Shown one piece after another: positions 1 through 10,668 of a stretch of 64,000 nt of DNA (the first letter of the stretch is position 1; every line of letters starts with the position of its first letter). The notes beneath the pieces were generated by a model. That model had not been told where the DNA came from. It saw nothing but the letters and a program-made list of their open reading frames with translations, and searched no databases. Source of the DNA: an uncultured Pelagibacteraceae bacterium (GTDB taxonomy: Bacteria > Pseudomonadota > Alphaproteobacteria > Pelagibacterales > Pelagibacteraceae); the NCBI GenBank assembly GCA_902581925.1, contig CACHQB010000005.1, positions 6,996 through 70,995 on the forward strand, in the 5' to 3' direction. Position numbers and translations under genes: made by a program.

Positions 1-939
1 GTACCTCATCATCACGTGCGGTAATGAAGCTGTTCCCATCATCATCGCTAGTGCTAATGAAATAAATGCCCATGGTGTAGCGTTCACTGCAGAGTGAGCT
101 TTAGTTATTCCTGCTAAGCCTTTAGGTACTGATTTTAGATCAGCAGCTGCGTTTTTGACAAAACCAAACTGTTGTTCTAATTCACCAATTCTAGCTACCT
201 CGTCAGCTAACATAAAGTGAGGGAAGAAACCCGCACCCATTTTGTTACTGATCCAGAATACTGGAAGTAGGTAAGCTATAATTAGTACAATGTATTGTGC
301 AACCTGTGTCCAAGTTACCCCTCTCATACCACCTAACATTGAACATAATAAAATACTTACTAGTCCAACATAAACTGCGTATTGGAATGGGATATCAAGT
401 GCAACAGATGCAATAGTACCTGTAGCGTTAATTTGTGCAGTCACATAAGTAAATGAAGCAACAGTTAATACTACCACTGCGCTAAATCTAGCTAAATTAC
501 CACCGTATCTAGTACCTATAAAATCTGGAACTGTATAACAGCCAAATTTTCTTAAGTATGGTGCTAATAAAGATGCAACAAGCACGTAACCACCAGTCCA
601 ACCTACAAGTAGAGCCATATAGCCGTAACCTTTAAAGTAAATACCACCTGCCATCGCAACGAATGAAGCACCAGACATCCAGTCTGCTGCAGTCGCCATT
701 CCGTTGAAGACTGTTGGTACTTGCCTACCAGCTACGTAATATGCATCTGCTTGGGCTGTTCTTGATAGCCAACCGATTAATGCATAGATGAATACAGTAA
801 ATGCAACGAAAGCGATACCGATCGCTTTAGCTGTCATACCCATCTGTTCAGCAATTGCCATAATGATTATGAAACCTATAAATCCTCCGGTATAGATCCC
901 GTAAACTTTAGGCAAATTATCTATGAAATTACCTTTCAT
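1..939 (-). CDS. Sodium:solute symporter (ActP/VC_2705-like monocarboxylate permease), runs off window start
   Basis: Not in ORF track. ATG at 939 overlaps the upstream TAA (TAATG). Reads MKGNFIDNLPKVYGIYTGG...YYVAGRQVPTVFNGMATAADWMSGASFVAMAGG...APYLRKFGCYTVPDFIGTRYGG...GGMRGVTWTQVAQY, which are SSS-family motifs. Lies near acs. Confidence 0.9.
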   Translation of the reverse strand, partial: MKGNFIDNLPKVYGIYTGGFIGFIIIMAIAEQMGMTAKAIGIAFVAFTVFIYALIGWLSRTAQADAYYVAGRQVPTVFNGMATAADWMSGASFVAMAGGIYFKGYGYMALLVGWTGGYVLVASLLAPYLRKFGCYTVPDFIGTRYGGNLARFSAVVVLTVASFTYVTAQINATGTIASVALDIPFQYAVYVGLVSILLCSMLGGMRGVTWTQVAQYIVLIIAYLLPVFWISNKMGAGFFPHFMLADEVARIGELEQQFGFVKNAAADLKSVPKGLAGITKAHSAVNATPWAFISLALAMMMGTASLPHVMMRY

Positions 940-1199
940 TATTCGTCCTCTCTTTCGCTAAAGCCGAACTCTTCATCGATTTTTTCTTGTCTATTCGCAA
1001 ACCAGAAAATTAGGATTACGAAAGCACCAAGAGATCCCTGACATGTAAACCAATATGTCCATGGATAACCGAAAGGTCCTGTGACCTCGTTCATTTCAGC
1101 TCCAAAGAGAAAGATGCCAATTGAGAAAACAAACCAGATTGCCAGTGTTATAAATAACAATCCCCTGGTTTTTTCCCAGTGTTTTTGTTGATTTGACAT
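939..1199 (-). CDS. DUF4212-type small membrane partner of SSS transporter
   Basis: 86 aa, two hydrophobic segments, GYPWTYWFTCQGS motif. SD GAGAGG upstream; translationally coupled to the SSS gene. Confidence 0.85.
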   Translation of the reverse strand: MSNQQKHWEKTRGLLFITLAIWFVFSIGIFLFGAEMNEVTGPFGYPWTYWFTCQGSLGAFVILIFWFANRQEKIDEEFGFSEREDE

Positions 1200-1215
1200 T
1201 TATACCTCTCTATTT

Positions 1216-1227
1216 AGTTATAACTGG
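1216..1227 (-). promoter_or_regulatory. Palindrome (CC)AGTTATAACT just upstream of the SD of the SSS operon
   Basis: Resembles CAGTTAATTAAC found upstream of both TRAP binding-protein genes. Confidence 0.4.
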
Positions 1228-1334
1228 TTGAAACCATAACCATTATGAAGGTTTTGAAAAGACCTAAAATTCACCATATTAGGTACTTATTTACTTACTT
1301 TTTTAAGATATAATTGGCGCACTTACAAATTAAC

Positions 1335-1958
1335 ATGGGAAAATACAAATTAACTTGGAGAGACATAAAACTTGAGGATTTCAAAACATATTTATTCGCT
1401 ATGTTTAAGGCGTTTATCCCCAAAAAAAAAATAAAAAATTTAGATGAACTAGAACAATTTATCCAAACAAAATCTGCCTGGGCCACTCAAGTAACATTAT
1501 ATAATTATCTAAAAACTAGAATGGGAACAAGATACGTTCTCCATTTTGATAATGATGAATTTATGTCATCAGTAAATCTTGCAAAATGGAATATTTATTC
1601 AGTTGCATTACAAGATTTAACTTTTTTTACTTTTTCATATTTGAAAGTTAATTTCAATTATCAGGATATTCATAAAGCAAACGAAATTTTTAATAAAATT
1701 CTAGATGATGAAATTTCTAATAAGATGCCATTAAATATTATTGATGAAGCAAGAAAAAGTTTTGATGAACGATTAGAGAAAATAAATTGGGATGGTTATT
1801 ATCAAGACTTACCGTTTAATCCTAGTGCACTATCTTTATATAAATGGGCTCCGATTGCAGATGAACTAAAAACTTTGGATCGAAAGATTGTTTTAAATTC
1901 AATGATTTTAAAATGGGATGTAGTTAAACAAGAGTTTAAAGATTTGATCCAGTTTTAA
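1335..1958 (+). CDS. Conserved hypothetical protein
   Basis: Long ORF filling the gap between the SSS operon and acs. ATG 1335 (MGKYKL) preferred over TTG 1314. No recognised motif. Confidence 0.7.
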   Translation: MGKYKLTWRDIKLEDFKTYLFAMFKAFIPKKKIKNLDELEQFIQTKSAWATQVTLYNYLKTRMGTRYVLHFDNDEFMSSVNLAKWNIYSVALQDLTFFTFSYLKVNFNYQDIHKANEIFNKILDDEISNKMPLNIIDEARKSFDERLEKINWDGYYQDLPFNPSALSLYKWAPIADELKTLDRKIVLNSMILKWDVVKQEFKDLIQF

Positions 1959-4051
1959 ATATTTTTTCTATTATCAACCAAACTATCAACTACACTAGGA
2001 TCTGCCAGAGTAGTTGTGTCACCTAATTGACCATGCTCATTAGCAGCAATTTTTCTTAGAATCCTTCTCATTATTTTTCCTGATCTCGTCTTTGGAAGAC
2101 CTGGTGTAAAATGAATTAGGTCTGGAGTTGCTAAAGGTCCAATTTGTTTTCTAACCCAAAGTTTTAAATCTCTTTCAAGTTCGCCTGTTTCTGTTTCTCC
2201 TGCATTCAAGGTTACATAACAATACAGCCCATTACCCTTGATATCATGAGGATAACCAACTACTGCGGCTTCGGCTACTTTTGGGTGAGCAACAAATGCA
2301 CTTTCAATTTCAGCGGTACCTAGGTTGTGTCCAGAAACAATAATTACGTCATCTACACGACCAGTGATCCAGTAATATCCATCTTTATCTCTCCGGCACC
2401 CATCACCAGTAAAATATTTTCCGTTAAATTGAGAGAAATAGGTATCGATAAATCTTTGATGATCTCCATATACCGTTCTCATTTGGCCAGGCCAAGATTG
2501 AGCTATGCAAAGTCTTCCTTCACCAGCACCTTTTACCTCTTTGCCGTTTTTATCAACAAGGACTGGCTTAATTCCATAGAAAGGTTTTGTTGCAGAACCA
2601 GGTTTAAGAGGTATAGCCCCTGTTTGTGGAGCAATCATTATTCCTCCAGTTTCTGTTTGCCACCAAGTATCTACAATTGGGCATTTTGAATTGCCTACAG
2701 TTTTATAATACCACATCCAAGCCTCTGGATTTATTGGCTCACCAACTGTTCCTAAAAGTTTAAGAGATTTTCTAGACGTTTTTTTAACTGGCTTATCTCC
2801 CTCACGCATTAATGCTCTAATTGCAGTTGGTGCAGTGTAAAAAGTATTTACTTTATATTTATCGACTATTTGCCACCATCTTGAACTATCAGGATAATTT
2901 GGAATTCCTTCAAACATTATAGTTGTTGCACCATTCGAAAGTGGCCCATAAATAATATAACTGTGTCCCGTTACCCAACCAATATCAGCAGTACACCAAT
3001 AAATATCTTTTGGTTTATAATTAAAAATATATTGATGTGTCATTGATGCATAAACCATGTAACCACCGGTTGTATGAAGAACTCCTTTAGGTTTACCTGT
3101 TGAACCCGAAGTATATAAAATAAACAACGGATCCTCTGCATTCATTTCTTCAGGTTCACAATGATTAGGAACGTCTTTTATTAGATCATGATACCAAACA
3201 TCTCTATTTTGGTCCCAGTTGATATAATTTCCTGTTCGTTTAACAACAACACATTTCTTAACATTTGGGCAACTCATTAAAGCTTCATCGACTGTATATT
3301 TCAGTGGAATAGTTTTTCCACCTCGCACTCCTTCATCTGCAGTAATGATGTATTCAGACTCGCAATCATTCACTCTTCCCGAAATAGAATCTGCTGAAAA
3401 ACCTCCAAAAATGATCGAATGGACTGCACCAATTCTCACACAGGCAAGCATTAGAATTGCTAGCTCTGGTATCATCGTTAAATAAATTGTTACACGGTCA
3501 CCTTTTTTAATTCCTAATTTTTTTAAACCATTTGCAGCTTTAGAAACTTTTTGGTGAAGCTGTTTATAAGAAATTTTTTGACTATCTTTTGGATCGTCTC
3601 CTACCCAAATAATAGCAGTTTTATCTTTTTTATCTTTTAAATGTCTATCAATACAATTTGCTGAAGCATTTAAAGTACCATCTTCAAACCATTTAATTTT
3701 GACTTCGTTTGTACTGTATTTAACATCTTTAATTTTTTTATAAGGTTTTATCCAAGTAATTCTTTTTCCCTCTTTTCTCCAAAATTCATCATTACTCTTT
3801 ATAGATTGAGAATATTTTTGTTGATATTTACTTTTATTGGCTAAGCTACTTTTAACCCATTCTGGTTTTGTTTTAATAACCACTTCAGGGAGTGTATTTC
3901 CGTTTTCTTTTTTTGCTTTAATTCTTTTTTTTACTTTTTTAGAAGATTTTTTTCTAACTTGAGATCTTCTCTTCACCTTTTTTGAGGTTTTTTTTATAAC
4001 TTTAGACTTTTTTTTTCTTACCTTGCTTTTTTTCTTCTTTTTTTTTGGCAT
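1955..4051 (-). CDS. acs: Acetyl-CoA synthetase with Lys/Arg-rich N-terminal extension
   Basis: [14 protein letters not shown]-binding loop, [21 protein letters not shown] (contains the regulatory Lys). Confidence 0.97.
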   Translation of the reverse strand: MPKKKKKKSKVRKKKSKVIKKTSKKVKRRSQVRKKSSKKVKKRIKAKKENGNTLPEVVIKTKPEWVKSSLANKSKYQQKYSQSIKSNDEFWRKEGKRITWIKPYKKIKDVKYSTNEVKIKWFEDGTLNASANCIDRHLKDKKDKTAIIWVGDDPKDSQKISYKQLHQKVSKAANGLKKLGIKKGDRVTIYLTMIPELAILMLACVRIGAVHSIIFGGFSADSISGRVNDCESEYIITADEGVRGGKTIPLKYTVDEALMSCPNVKKCVVVKRTGNYINWDQNRDVWYHDLIKDVPNHCEPEEMNAEDPLFILYTSGSTGKPKGVLHTTGGYMVYASMTHQYIFNYKPKDIYWCTADIGWVTGHSYIIYGPLSNGATTIMFEGIPNYPDSSRWWQIVDKYKVNTFYTAPTAIRALMREGDKPVKKTSRKSLKLLGTVGEPINPEAWMWYYKTVGNSKCPIVDTWWQTETGGIMIAPQTGAIPLKPGSATKPFYGIKPVLVDKNGKEVKGAGEGRLCIAQSWPGQMRTVYGDHQRFIDTYFSQFNGKYFTGDGCRRDKDGYYWITGRVDDVIIVSGHNLGTAEIESAFVAHPKVAEAAVVGYPHDIKGNGLYCYVTLNAGETETGELERDLKLWVRKQIGPLATPDLIHFTPGLPKTRSGKIMRRILRKIAANEHGQLGDTTTLADPSVVDSLVDNRKNI

Positions 4052-4066
4052 AGGATAATTTTTTTT

Positions 4067-4480
4067 TTAAATTTTACTCATGTTATTTATAATTTTCCAG
4101 CTTTTATAATCAACAGGCATTACAGAAAGTCTACTTTGTTTTATAAGAGCTAAGTGGCTTAAATCCTTATTTTTTTTGATGTTTTCAAGTGTTACAGGCT
4201 TAGAAAATTTATTTTTAAACTGGACAGTCACAGCAACGAACCTACCTGTTCTGTCGGTTTTATCTATATAAGCTTCTTTAATAACTTTTACGATTCCAAC
4301 TATTTCTTTTCCAATATTAGAATGATAAAAAAAACAAAGATCTCCTTTCTTCATGTTTTTTAAATTTTTTGCAGCTTGATAATTTCTAACACCATCCCAA
4401 GGTGCACCTTTAATTCCTGTTTTTTTTTGTTGATCAATTGACCAAACATCTGGCTCAGATTTTAATAACCAGTATTTCAT
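4067..4480 (-). CDS. EVE domain protein
   Basis: MKYWLLKSEP, WDGVRNYQA, GDLCFFYHS, RLSVMPV. Confidence 0.93.
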   Translation of the reverse strand: MKYWLLKSEPDVWSIDQQKKTGIKGAPWDGVRNYQAAKNLKNMKKGDLCFFYHSNIGKEIVGIVKVIKEAYIDKTDRTGRFVAVTVQFKNKFSKPVTLENIKKNKDLSHLALIKQSRLSVMPVDYKSWKIINNMSKI

Positions 4481-4591
4481 TTAATTTCATTTATAGTTTT
4501 ACTCAATAATCATTAACTCTTTCTTTTAAACTATTTTTTTTAAAAATGCATATATAAAGTTTAATTTTGATATCTAAAAGTTTTTTCATAA

Positions 4592-5386
4592 TTAAATATT
4601 TTTGTAAAAATAATTTGATCTATTTTTTACTTCATCTATTTTATAGAATTTGTTTTCTAGTAAAAATTTATTAACTTCTTCAAAGTTATTATTCATTATT
4701 TCTAATTGTAAAATACATTTATTATTATTAATGATTTTTTTTAATCCCTTTAAAACATTATATTCATGACCTTCAACATCTATTTTAATTGCTAATACCG
4801 AATTATTGATGTCAATTACTTCATCAGCAATTTTAAAATTTGCTTTGTAAACTTTTACATTTTTATAATTTTTATCCTCATAATTTTCATCATTATGAAT
4901 TGTAGAACCTCCAGTTTGTCTATAACCATATTTTACCAATGATCTCATTTTAAGAGTAGTTTCAGTATCAGATAAACCAAAATTATATAATGTTATTTTT
5001 TCAGAAATATTTTGATTAATACTTAAAGTTTTATTAAATTTAAAGTAAGCTTCCTCATTAGGTTCAAAAGATAAAATTTTAATTTTTTCAAATTTTTTTC
5101 CTAATTGAAGTGAGTAATAACCACAATTAGAACCAATATCGAAAAAGTAATTTACTGAATGTATTTTTATTAATTTATTTAATATTAAAATTTCTTCATG
5201 TTCATATTTTTGGTAAAGTATAAGTTCTCTGTCAATTGGATCTAAAAAATCTAAAAACATTTTAATATCCCCAACTTTAAAAAAACCCCTATTTTTTTTA
5301 AAAATTTTCATTAATCTAATGCAAATAGATGGGATTAAACGGTTAAAAATTGGTAATTTAACAAAAAAACTTATTAAGTGATTCAT
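4592..5386 (-). CDS. FkbM family SAM-dependent methyltransferase
   Basis: FFDIGSNCGYYS, SFEPN, IKIDVEGHEYNVLKG. Confidence 0.9.
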   Translation of the reverse strand: MNHLISFFVKLPIFNRLIPSICIRLMKIFKKNRGFFKVGDIKMFLDFLDPIDRELILYQKYEHEEILILNKLIKIHSVNYFFDIGSNCGYYSLQLGKKFEKIKILSFEPNEEAYFKFNKTLSINQNISEKITLYNFGLSDTETTLKMRSLVKYGYRQTGGSTIHNDENYEDKNYKNVKVYKANFKIADEVIDINNSVLAIKIDVEGHEYNVLKGLKKIINNNKCILQLEIMNNNFEEVNKFLLENKFYKIDEVKNRSNYFYKNI

Positions 5387-5447
5387 TAGTTAGTCCTATT
5401 TTCTAAAGTTCATGGCTATTAAAAGTATTTCATAAACTATTAATAAA

Positions 5448-6521
5448 TTAAAATTGAACTCCGGCACCTTTGAGAAAAGCTGCATCCTCGTCCAAAGGCC
5501 ATCTTGGTTTTGCCGGATAATCTAAATTATTAAATTGATTTAGTTTAAATTTTTCTAAACCTACCATTGCAATCATTGCTGCATTATCTCCACAAAACTC
5601 TATAGGTGGAAAAATACTTTTATAGTAATTTTCCTCACACAGATTAATTAACATAGACCTAATTTTTTTATTTGCTGCAACTCCTCCAGCAACTACAAAA
5701 ATTTTTTCATTTAATTCATTTATTTTTTCAAATTCATTAAAGGCAATTTTTGTTTTCTTATACAAAATTTCCTCTATTGTTTTTTGAAAAGATGCTGCAA
5801 GGTCATATTTATCTTGTTCTGATTTAATTGTTTTGCTTACTTTCAAAACAGCAGTTTTTAAACCTGCAAAAGAAAGATTACAGCCTCCTTTGTTAAAAAT
5901 TGGTTTAGGTAATTCATATTTTTTTGGGTCACCCTTTTCAGCTAAAATTTCTATTTGAGGACCTCCAGGAAATTCTATTCCTAAAAGTTTTGCAGTTTTA
6001 TCAAATGCTTCACCTAAAGCGTCATCAATAGTTGTTCCCAACCTTTTATATTTACCAAGATTTTGAACACTTAAATATTGTGAGTGTCCACCTGAAATTA
6101 AGAGAAGTAAATATGGATAATTTAGATTTGTGTTTAGTTTTGGGCTTAAGGCATGTCCCTCTAAATGATTAACAGCGATAAAAGGTTTGTTCATTGATGT
6201 TGCAAAAGCTTTACCAAAACTTAATCCTACTGACAGACACACAATCAATCCAGGACCAGCGGTAGAAGCAACTGCATCTATATCTTCAATTTTTCTTCCA
6301 CTTTCATTAATAGCTTTTTTGACGATCCAATCAATTTTTTCAATGTGTGAACGAGCTGCTAATTCTGGAACTACACCACCAAACTCCTTATGAACTTCTT
6401 CTTGACTTGAAACAATATTTGACAAAACTGTTGGGAATCCTTCTTCATTTTCAGTTATTAAAGATGCTGCAGTTTCATCACAACTAGATTCTATTCCAAG
6501 AATTAAGGGTTTTTTGCTCAT
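5448..6521 (-). CDS. tsaD: tRNA N6-adenosine threonylcarbamoyltransferase
   Basis: LGIESSCDETAAS, GGVVPELAARSH, NHLEGH, GGVAAN, DNAAMI. Confidence 0.97.
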   Translation of the reverse strand: MSKKPLILGIESSCDETAASLITENEEGFPTVLSNIVSSQEEVHKEFGGVVPELAARSHIEKIDWIVKKAINESGRKIEDIDAVASTAGPGLIVCLSVGLSFGKAFATSMNKPFIAVNHLEGHALSPKLNTNLNYPYLLLLISGGHSQYLSVQNLGKYKRLGTTIDDALGEAFDKTAKLLGIEFPGGPQIEILAEKGDPKKYELPKPIFNKGGCNLSFAGLKTAVLKVSKTIKSEQDKYDLAASFQKTIEEILYKKTKIAFNEFEKINELNEKIFVVAGGVAANKKIRSMLINLCEENYYKSIFPPIEFCGDNAAMIAMVGLEKFKLNQFNNLDYPAKPRWPLDEDAAFLKGAGVQF

Positions 6522-6575
6522 ACAAATAGTTTTTAATAATTGTACAATCTTAATACAAGTAAGAAATAAATTTTT

Positions 6576-7493
6576 ATGAGTAAAAAAATAATAATTGGAT
6601 CGAGAGGTAGCAGGCTTGCCTTACTTTATGCCCAACAAGCTAAAGATAAAATTATTGAAAATACTAAGCTTAGTAATGATGATATTTTAATTAAATCTAT
6701 TACAACCAAAGGTGATGAAGTGCAGAATATGAGATTATCAGAGCTTGGTGGCAAAGGTTTGTTTTCTAGCAATATTGAAAAAGAACTTCAGTTAAAAAAT
6801 ATTGATATTGCAGTTCATGCGCTGAAAGATATGCCAGCTAATGAGACAAAAGGATTAAGGACAGATTCTTTTCTTAAAAGAAATGATCCTAGGGAAATTT
6901 TAATTACGAAAGATAAAAAGAAACTTAAAGACTTAAATCAAAAGTCAATTGTTGGAACCTCATCATACAGAAGAGAGTTTCAAATAAAAAAAATTAGACA
7001 AGATTTAAACTGCAAATTAATTAGAGGAAATGTAGATACTAGGATTAGAAAATTAAATGAAGGAATTTACGATGCAATTATTTTGTCTTATGCAGGTGTC
7101 AAGTTTTTAAAATTTGAAAATGAGATCTCTGAAATTTTTTCAGCTGATGAAATAATTCCAAGTGCAGGACAAGGCGTAATTGCTCTTCAGTGCAGGGAGA
7201 ATGATGATGAGACAATTTCTATTTTAAACAAAATTAATCATGAGGAAACACATAAAAGAGCTCACCTTGAGAGAAATATTTTAAAAGTTTTAGATGGAGA
7301 TTGTGAAACAGCAATTGGTGCTCATTCAGTGGTTGATGGAGATAAGATTACAGTGGAGGCTGAACTTTTTTCTTTAGATGGTAAACAAAGGTTTTATGAA
7401 AAAAAAGTCGGTAATTTGAATGAGTTTAAAGAAATTGGTAAAGAGATTGGAATACTTTTGAAAACAAAATCAAATAATTCATATAAAAGATAA
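6576..7493 (+). CDS. hemC: Hydroxymethylbilane synthase
   Basis: IGSRGSRLAL, GGKGLF, AVHALKDMP, RGNVDTRIRKL, LDGDC cofactor Cys. Confidence 0.96.
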   Translation: MSKKIIIGSRGSRLALLYAQQAKDKIIENTKLSNDDILIKSITTKGDEVQNMRLSELGGKGLFSSNIEKELQLKNIDIAVHALKDMPANETKGLRTDSFLKRNDPREILITKDKKKLKDLNQKSIVGTSSYRREFQIKKIRQDLNCKLIRGNVDTRIRKLNEGIYDAIILSYAGVKFLKFENEISEIFSADEIIPSAGQGVIALQCRENDDETISILNKINHEETHKRAHLERNILKVLDGDCETAIGAHSVVDGDKITVEAELFSLDGKQRFYEKKVGNLNEFKEIGKEIGILLKTKSNNSYKR

Positions 7494-7494
7494 T

Positions 7495-8193
7495 ATGCAT
7501 ATTTTGTTAACTAGACCACTAGAGGATTGTTCTGAAATGATATTAAAATTTCAATCATTAGGACATCAAGTTTCTCATCTTCCATTAATAAGAATTGAAA
7601 AGGTTAATTATGAAGAAATTAACCTTTCTGAATATGGTGGAATTGTTTTTACTAGTGCAAATGCAGTAAAATTTTTAAACACAGTAAAATTAGATAAAAA
7701 TGTTAAATGCTTTTGTGTTGGAAACGCTACAGAAAACAAAGCAAGAAGTGTTGGTTTTCAAAATACAATTGCTGCTGAAGGAAATGTTACAAACTTAAAG
7801 GAGTTAATTATACAAAGTCATGAGTTCAAAAATAAAGAATTACTTTACGTTAGTGGTGAAACAATATCGGTTGATTTAGATCAACAGTTATTAAGCGAAG
7901 GTTTTAAGGTAAAAAGAATTATTAATTACAGAGTAGATCATAATCAAAAATTTGATGAGAAATTTGTAAATGAATTAAAATTAAATATGCCTGATATGGT
8001 CTATGTTTACTCTCAAAATAGTGCGTCAAGTTTCTTAAATTTCATAAAGATTTACCAAACCGAAAATTTATGGATGAATACAAATTTGATGTGTATAGGC
8101 GAAAAAACCTCGTCAATACTGAACGAAATCAAATGGAAAAAGATTTTTCTTTTTAACCCTGGAGAAGAAGAGTTTTTGTTATATAAAATTTAG
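7495..8193 (+). CDS. hemD: Uroporphyrinogen-III synthase
   Basis: ILLTRP, FTSANAV, FCVGNAT; directly follows hemC. Confidence 0.9.
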   Translation: MHILLTRPLEDCSEMILKFQSLGHQVSHLPLIRIEKVNYEEINLSEYGGIVFTSANAVKFLNTVKLDKNVKCFCVGNATENKARSVGFQNTIAAEGNVTNLKELIIQSHEFKNKELLYVSGETISVDLDQQLLSEGFKVKRIINYRVDHNQKFDEKFVNELKLNMPDMVYVYSQNSASSFLNFIKIYQTENLWMNTNLMCIGEKTSSILNEIKWKKIFLFNPGEEEFLLYKI

Positions 8194-8195
8194 AA

Positions 8196-9281
8196 ATGGA
8201 ATTAATTAATAATTTTTCGGAGATATTTTTATCAGTATGGAATAAAGGAATTCTTGGTGTTGATATCTTTCAAATCTTAATTGGTATTGGAATATTTTTA
8301 CTATTCTTAATTTTTAGAGGTCTAATAAGCAAATTAGTTATTAAAAAATTAGAAATTATCTCGAAAAGAACAACGAATAAATTAGATGATACTTTTGTTC
8401 AATCACTTGTAGGTCCAGCAAGATTTTTACCAATTGTATTAGGATTTTTTATTGCAAGCTACTATATGACTTTCTCACTAGAAGGAAGAGAAGTGGTAGA
8501 TACAATTAATAGAACTTTGATCACTATTTTAATTTTTTGGGTAATTCACCAAATCATAGAACCAATTTCATACATACTTAGTGGTTTAGACAAATTGTTA
8601 ACAAGAGAACTTATTGGCTGGATAATTAAATCGCTAAAAATTTTAATTTTTATTTTAGGTTTAGCAGCAGTTTTAGAATTGTGGGGAATTAAAATAGGTC
8701 CAATCATTGCAGGTCTTGGATTGTTTGGTGTTGCTGTAGCATTAGGGGCACAAGATTTATTCAAAAATTTAATATCAGGAATTTTAGTTTTAGTTGAAAA
8801 GAGATTTAAAATTGGAGACTGGATAGCTGTCGAGGGTATTATTGAAGGTGTAGTAGAAAAGATAGGATTTAGATCAACAACAATTAGAAAGTTTGACAAA
8901 TCTCTTGCTATTATTCCAAATTTTCAATTTGCTGAAAACGCTGTTGTTAATGTAAGTGAAACTTCAAATTGGTTAATCAGTTGGATTATTACACTTCAAT
9001 ATGACACTACGGTAGATCAGTTAAAAAAAATTAGAGATGAAATCGAAAGTCATATTAATTCAAGCGAAGATTATAATACCTCAATTGGTGTTGCGGTAAG
9101 AGTTGATAAATTTTCTGATAGTTCAATAGATATGTATGTAAGATGCTTTACAAAAACAGGAAGTTGGAATAATTGGCTTGATGTAAAAGAAAGATTAGCT
9201 ATTGCAATTAAGGAAATTGTAGAAAAAAATGGTGCTTCATTTGCTTTCCCAAGTCAGTCGATTTACGTTGAGAAAAAATGA
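8196..9281 (+). CDS. MscS family mechanosensitive channel
   Basis: GLGLFGVAVALGAQDLFKNLISG, FKIGDWI, GVVEKIGFRSTTIR, FAFPSQ. Confidence 0.93.
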   Translation: MELINNFSEIFLSVWNKGILGVDIFQILIGIGIFLLFLIFRGLISKLVIKKLEIISKRTTNKLDDTFVQSLVGPARFLPIVLGFFIASYYMTFSLEGREVVDTINRTLITILIFWVIHQIIEPISYILSGLDKLLTRELIGWIIKSLKILIFILGLAAVLELWGIKIGPIIAGLGLFGVAVALGAQDLFKNLISGILVLVEKRFKIGDWIAVEGIIEGVVEKIGFRSTTIRKFDKSLAIIPNFQFAENAVVNVSETSNWLISWIITLQYDTTVDQLKKIRDEIESHINSSEDYNTSIGVAVRVDKFSDSSIDMYVRCFTKTGSWNNWLDVKERLAIAIKEIVEKNGASFAFPSQSIYVEKK

Positions 9282-9568
9282 TAGCTATTTTTTATTTAGT
9301 TTTACAAATTTTAAAATTGTACTCTTATGTTGTGATCGCCAATGTTATTGTAAGTTGGTTAATAGCTTTTAACGTTCTTAATACTCAAAATAGGTTTGTG
9401 TATGCAATTTTAGAGTTGAGTTACAAATTAACAGAGCCTTTCTTGAATAAAATTAGACGTTTTTTGCCAAATTTAGGTTCACTAGATATTTCTCCAATCA
9501 TTCTTCTTTTATTGATTTGGTTTATCGAAATGTGTATGAAGCTGTACATCGCACCAATGATTTTTTAA
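9278..9568 (+). CDS. YggT family membrane protein
   Basis: SWLIAFNV, LTEPFLNKIRRFLP, LDISPI. Confidence 0.92.
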   Translation: MIAIFYLVLQILKLYSYVVIANVIVSWLIAFNVLNTQNRFVYAILELSYKLTEPFLNKIRRFLPNLGSLDISPIILLLLIWFIEMCMKLYIAPMIF

Positions 9569-9577
9569 GAGACAAAT

Positions 9578-10423
9578 ATGATTTTAATTGATGGAAAAAA
9601 AGCAGCCGCAGAATTAAGAGCAGAGTTAAAGGAAGAAGTTGCAGAGTTAAAATCAAAACATAATAAAGTACCAGGTTTAACAGTAATACTGATTGGTGAT
9701 TTAACACCTAGTCAGATTTATGTAAGAAATAAAGAGAAGTCAGCAAATGAGGTAGGATTAAAATCTGAAGTAATTAAATATCCAGACTCAGTTGAAGAAA
9801 AGACTGTTCTAGAAAAAATTCAAGAACTAAACAGTGATGAAACTGTTTCAGGAATTTTAGTTCAACTTCCTTTACCTAAGCATATTGATAAGCAGAAGGT
9901 TATAGAAGCTATTGATCCCTCAAAAGACGTAGATGGATTTCATCCAATGAATGTAGGCAATCTTTCATCTGGTTATGAAAGTTCGGTACCTTGTACTCCA
10001 CTTGGATGTTATTTGTTGATAAAAAAAATTGAACCTAATTTAAGTGGTAAAAAAGCTGTGGTTGTAGGTAGATCAAATTTAAATGGTAAACCAATGACAC
10101 AACTTCTTTTAAAAGAAAATTGCACCGTAATTATAACTCATTCAAAAACTAAAGATTTAAAAGCTGAATGTTTAGAGGCAGATATAATTGTTGCAGCTGT
10201 AGGTATACCTGAACTTGTTCGAGGAGATTGGGTTAAGAAAGATGCTATTGTCATTGATGTTGGCATAAATAAAACTGATAAAGGTATAGTTGGTGATGTA
10301 CATTTTGATGAAGTTTCAAAAAATGCAAAAGCACTTACACCTGTTCCAGGTGGAGTTGGCCCAATGACTATTGCCTGTTTACTTAAAAATACCATAGACT
10401 GTTTCAAAAGATCGCAAATTTAA
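9578..10423 (+). CDS. folD: Methylenetetrahydrofolate dehydrogenase/cyclohydrolase
   Basis: YVRNK, GILVQLPLP, KDVDGFHP, PCTPLG, TPVPGGVGPMTI. Confidence 0.97.
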   Translation: MILIDGKKAAAELRAELKEEVAELKSKHNKVPGLTVILIGDLTPSQIYVRNKEKSANEVGLKSEVIKYPDSVEEKTVLEKIQELNSDETVSGILVQLPLPKHIDKQKVIEAIDPSKDVDGFHPMNVGNLSSGYESSVPCTPLGCYLLIKKIEPNLSGKKAVVVGRSNLNGKPMTQLLLKENCTVIITHSKTKDLKAECLEADIIVAAVGIPELVRGDWVKKDAIVIDVGINKTDKGIVGDVHFDEVSKNAKALTPVPGGVGPMTIACLLKNTIDCFKRSQI

Positions 10424-10461
10424 TAATTAAACCCCAAGCTGTAATCTGTTAATTTATTAGG

Positions 10462-10665
10462 ATGAAAAAACCTAAGCGACCTTACAGATTTGGAATAATT
10501 TTTTTACTTCTTACTGTTCCACCCATTGGAGCCACACAGCTAGGTTGGTATTTGCATGACATGCAAACTGGTTTTGATTATGGTATGATTGTAGGCACAA
10601 TATCAGTGATTTATGCTGCATATTTGATGTATGAAAAAAACTGGCGTGAAGAGGATGAAGATTAA
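10462..10665 (+). CDS. Small hypothetical membrane protein (2 TM)
   Basis: 67 aa, two hydrophobic stretches, acidic tail. Confidence 0.65.
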   Translation: MKKPKRPYRFGIIFLLLTVPPIGATQLGWYLHDMQTGFDYGMIVGTISVIYAAYLMYEKNWREEDED

Positions 10666-10668
10666 ATT

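Noticed and set aside
4010-4068. Long poly-T/A tracts as phase-variation sites
   Set aside because: Homopolymers are common throughout this AT-rich window and the frames are intact.
4067-4480. EVE protein as part of a modification-dependent defence system
   Set aside because: Stand-alone EVE in a housekeeping context with no nuclease or toxin partner.
6539-6548. ATTGTACAAT palindrome between tsaD and hemC, similar to the TRAP upstream palindrome
   Set aside because: Short and AT-rich, none of the other shared motifs accompany it, and it may simply be overlapping divergent promoter elements.
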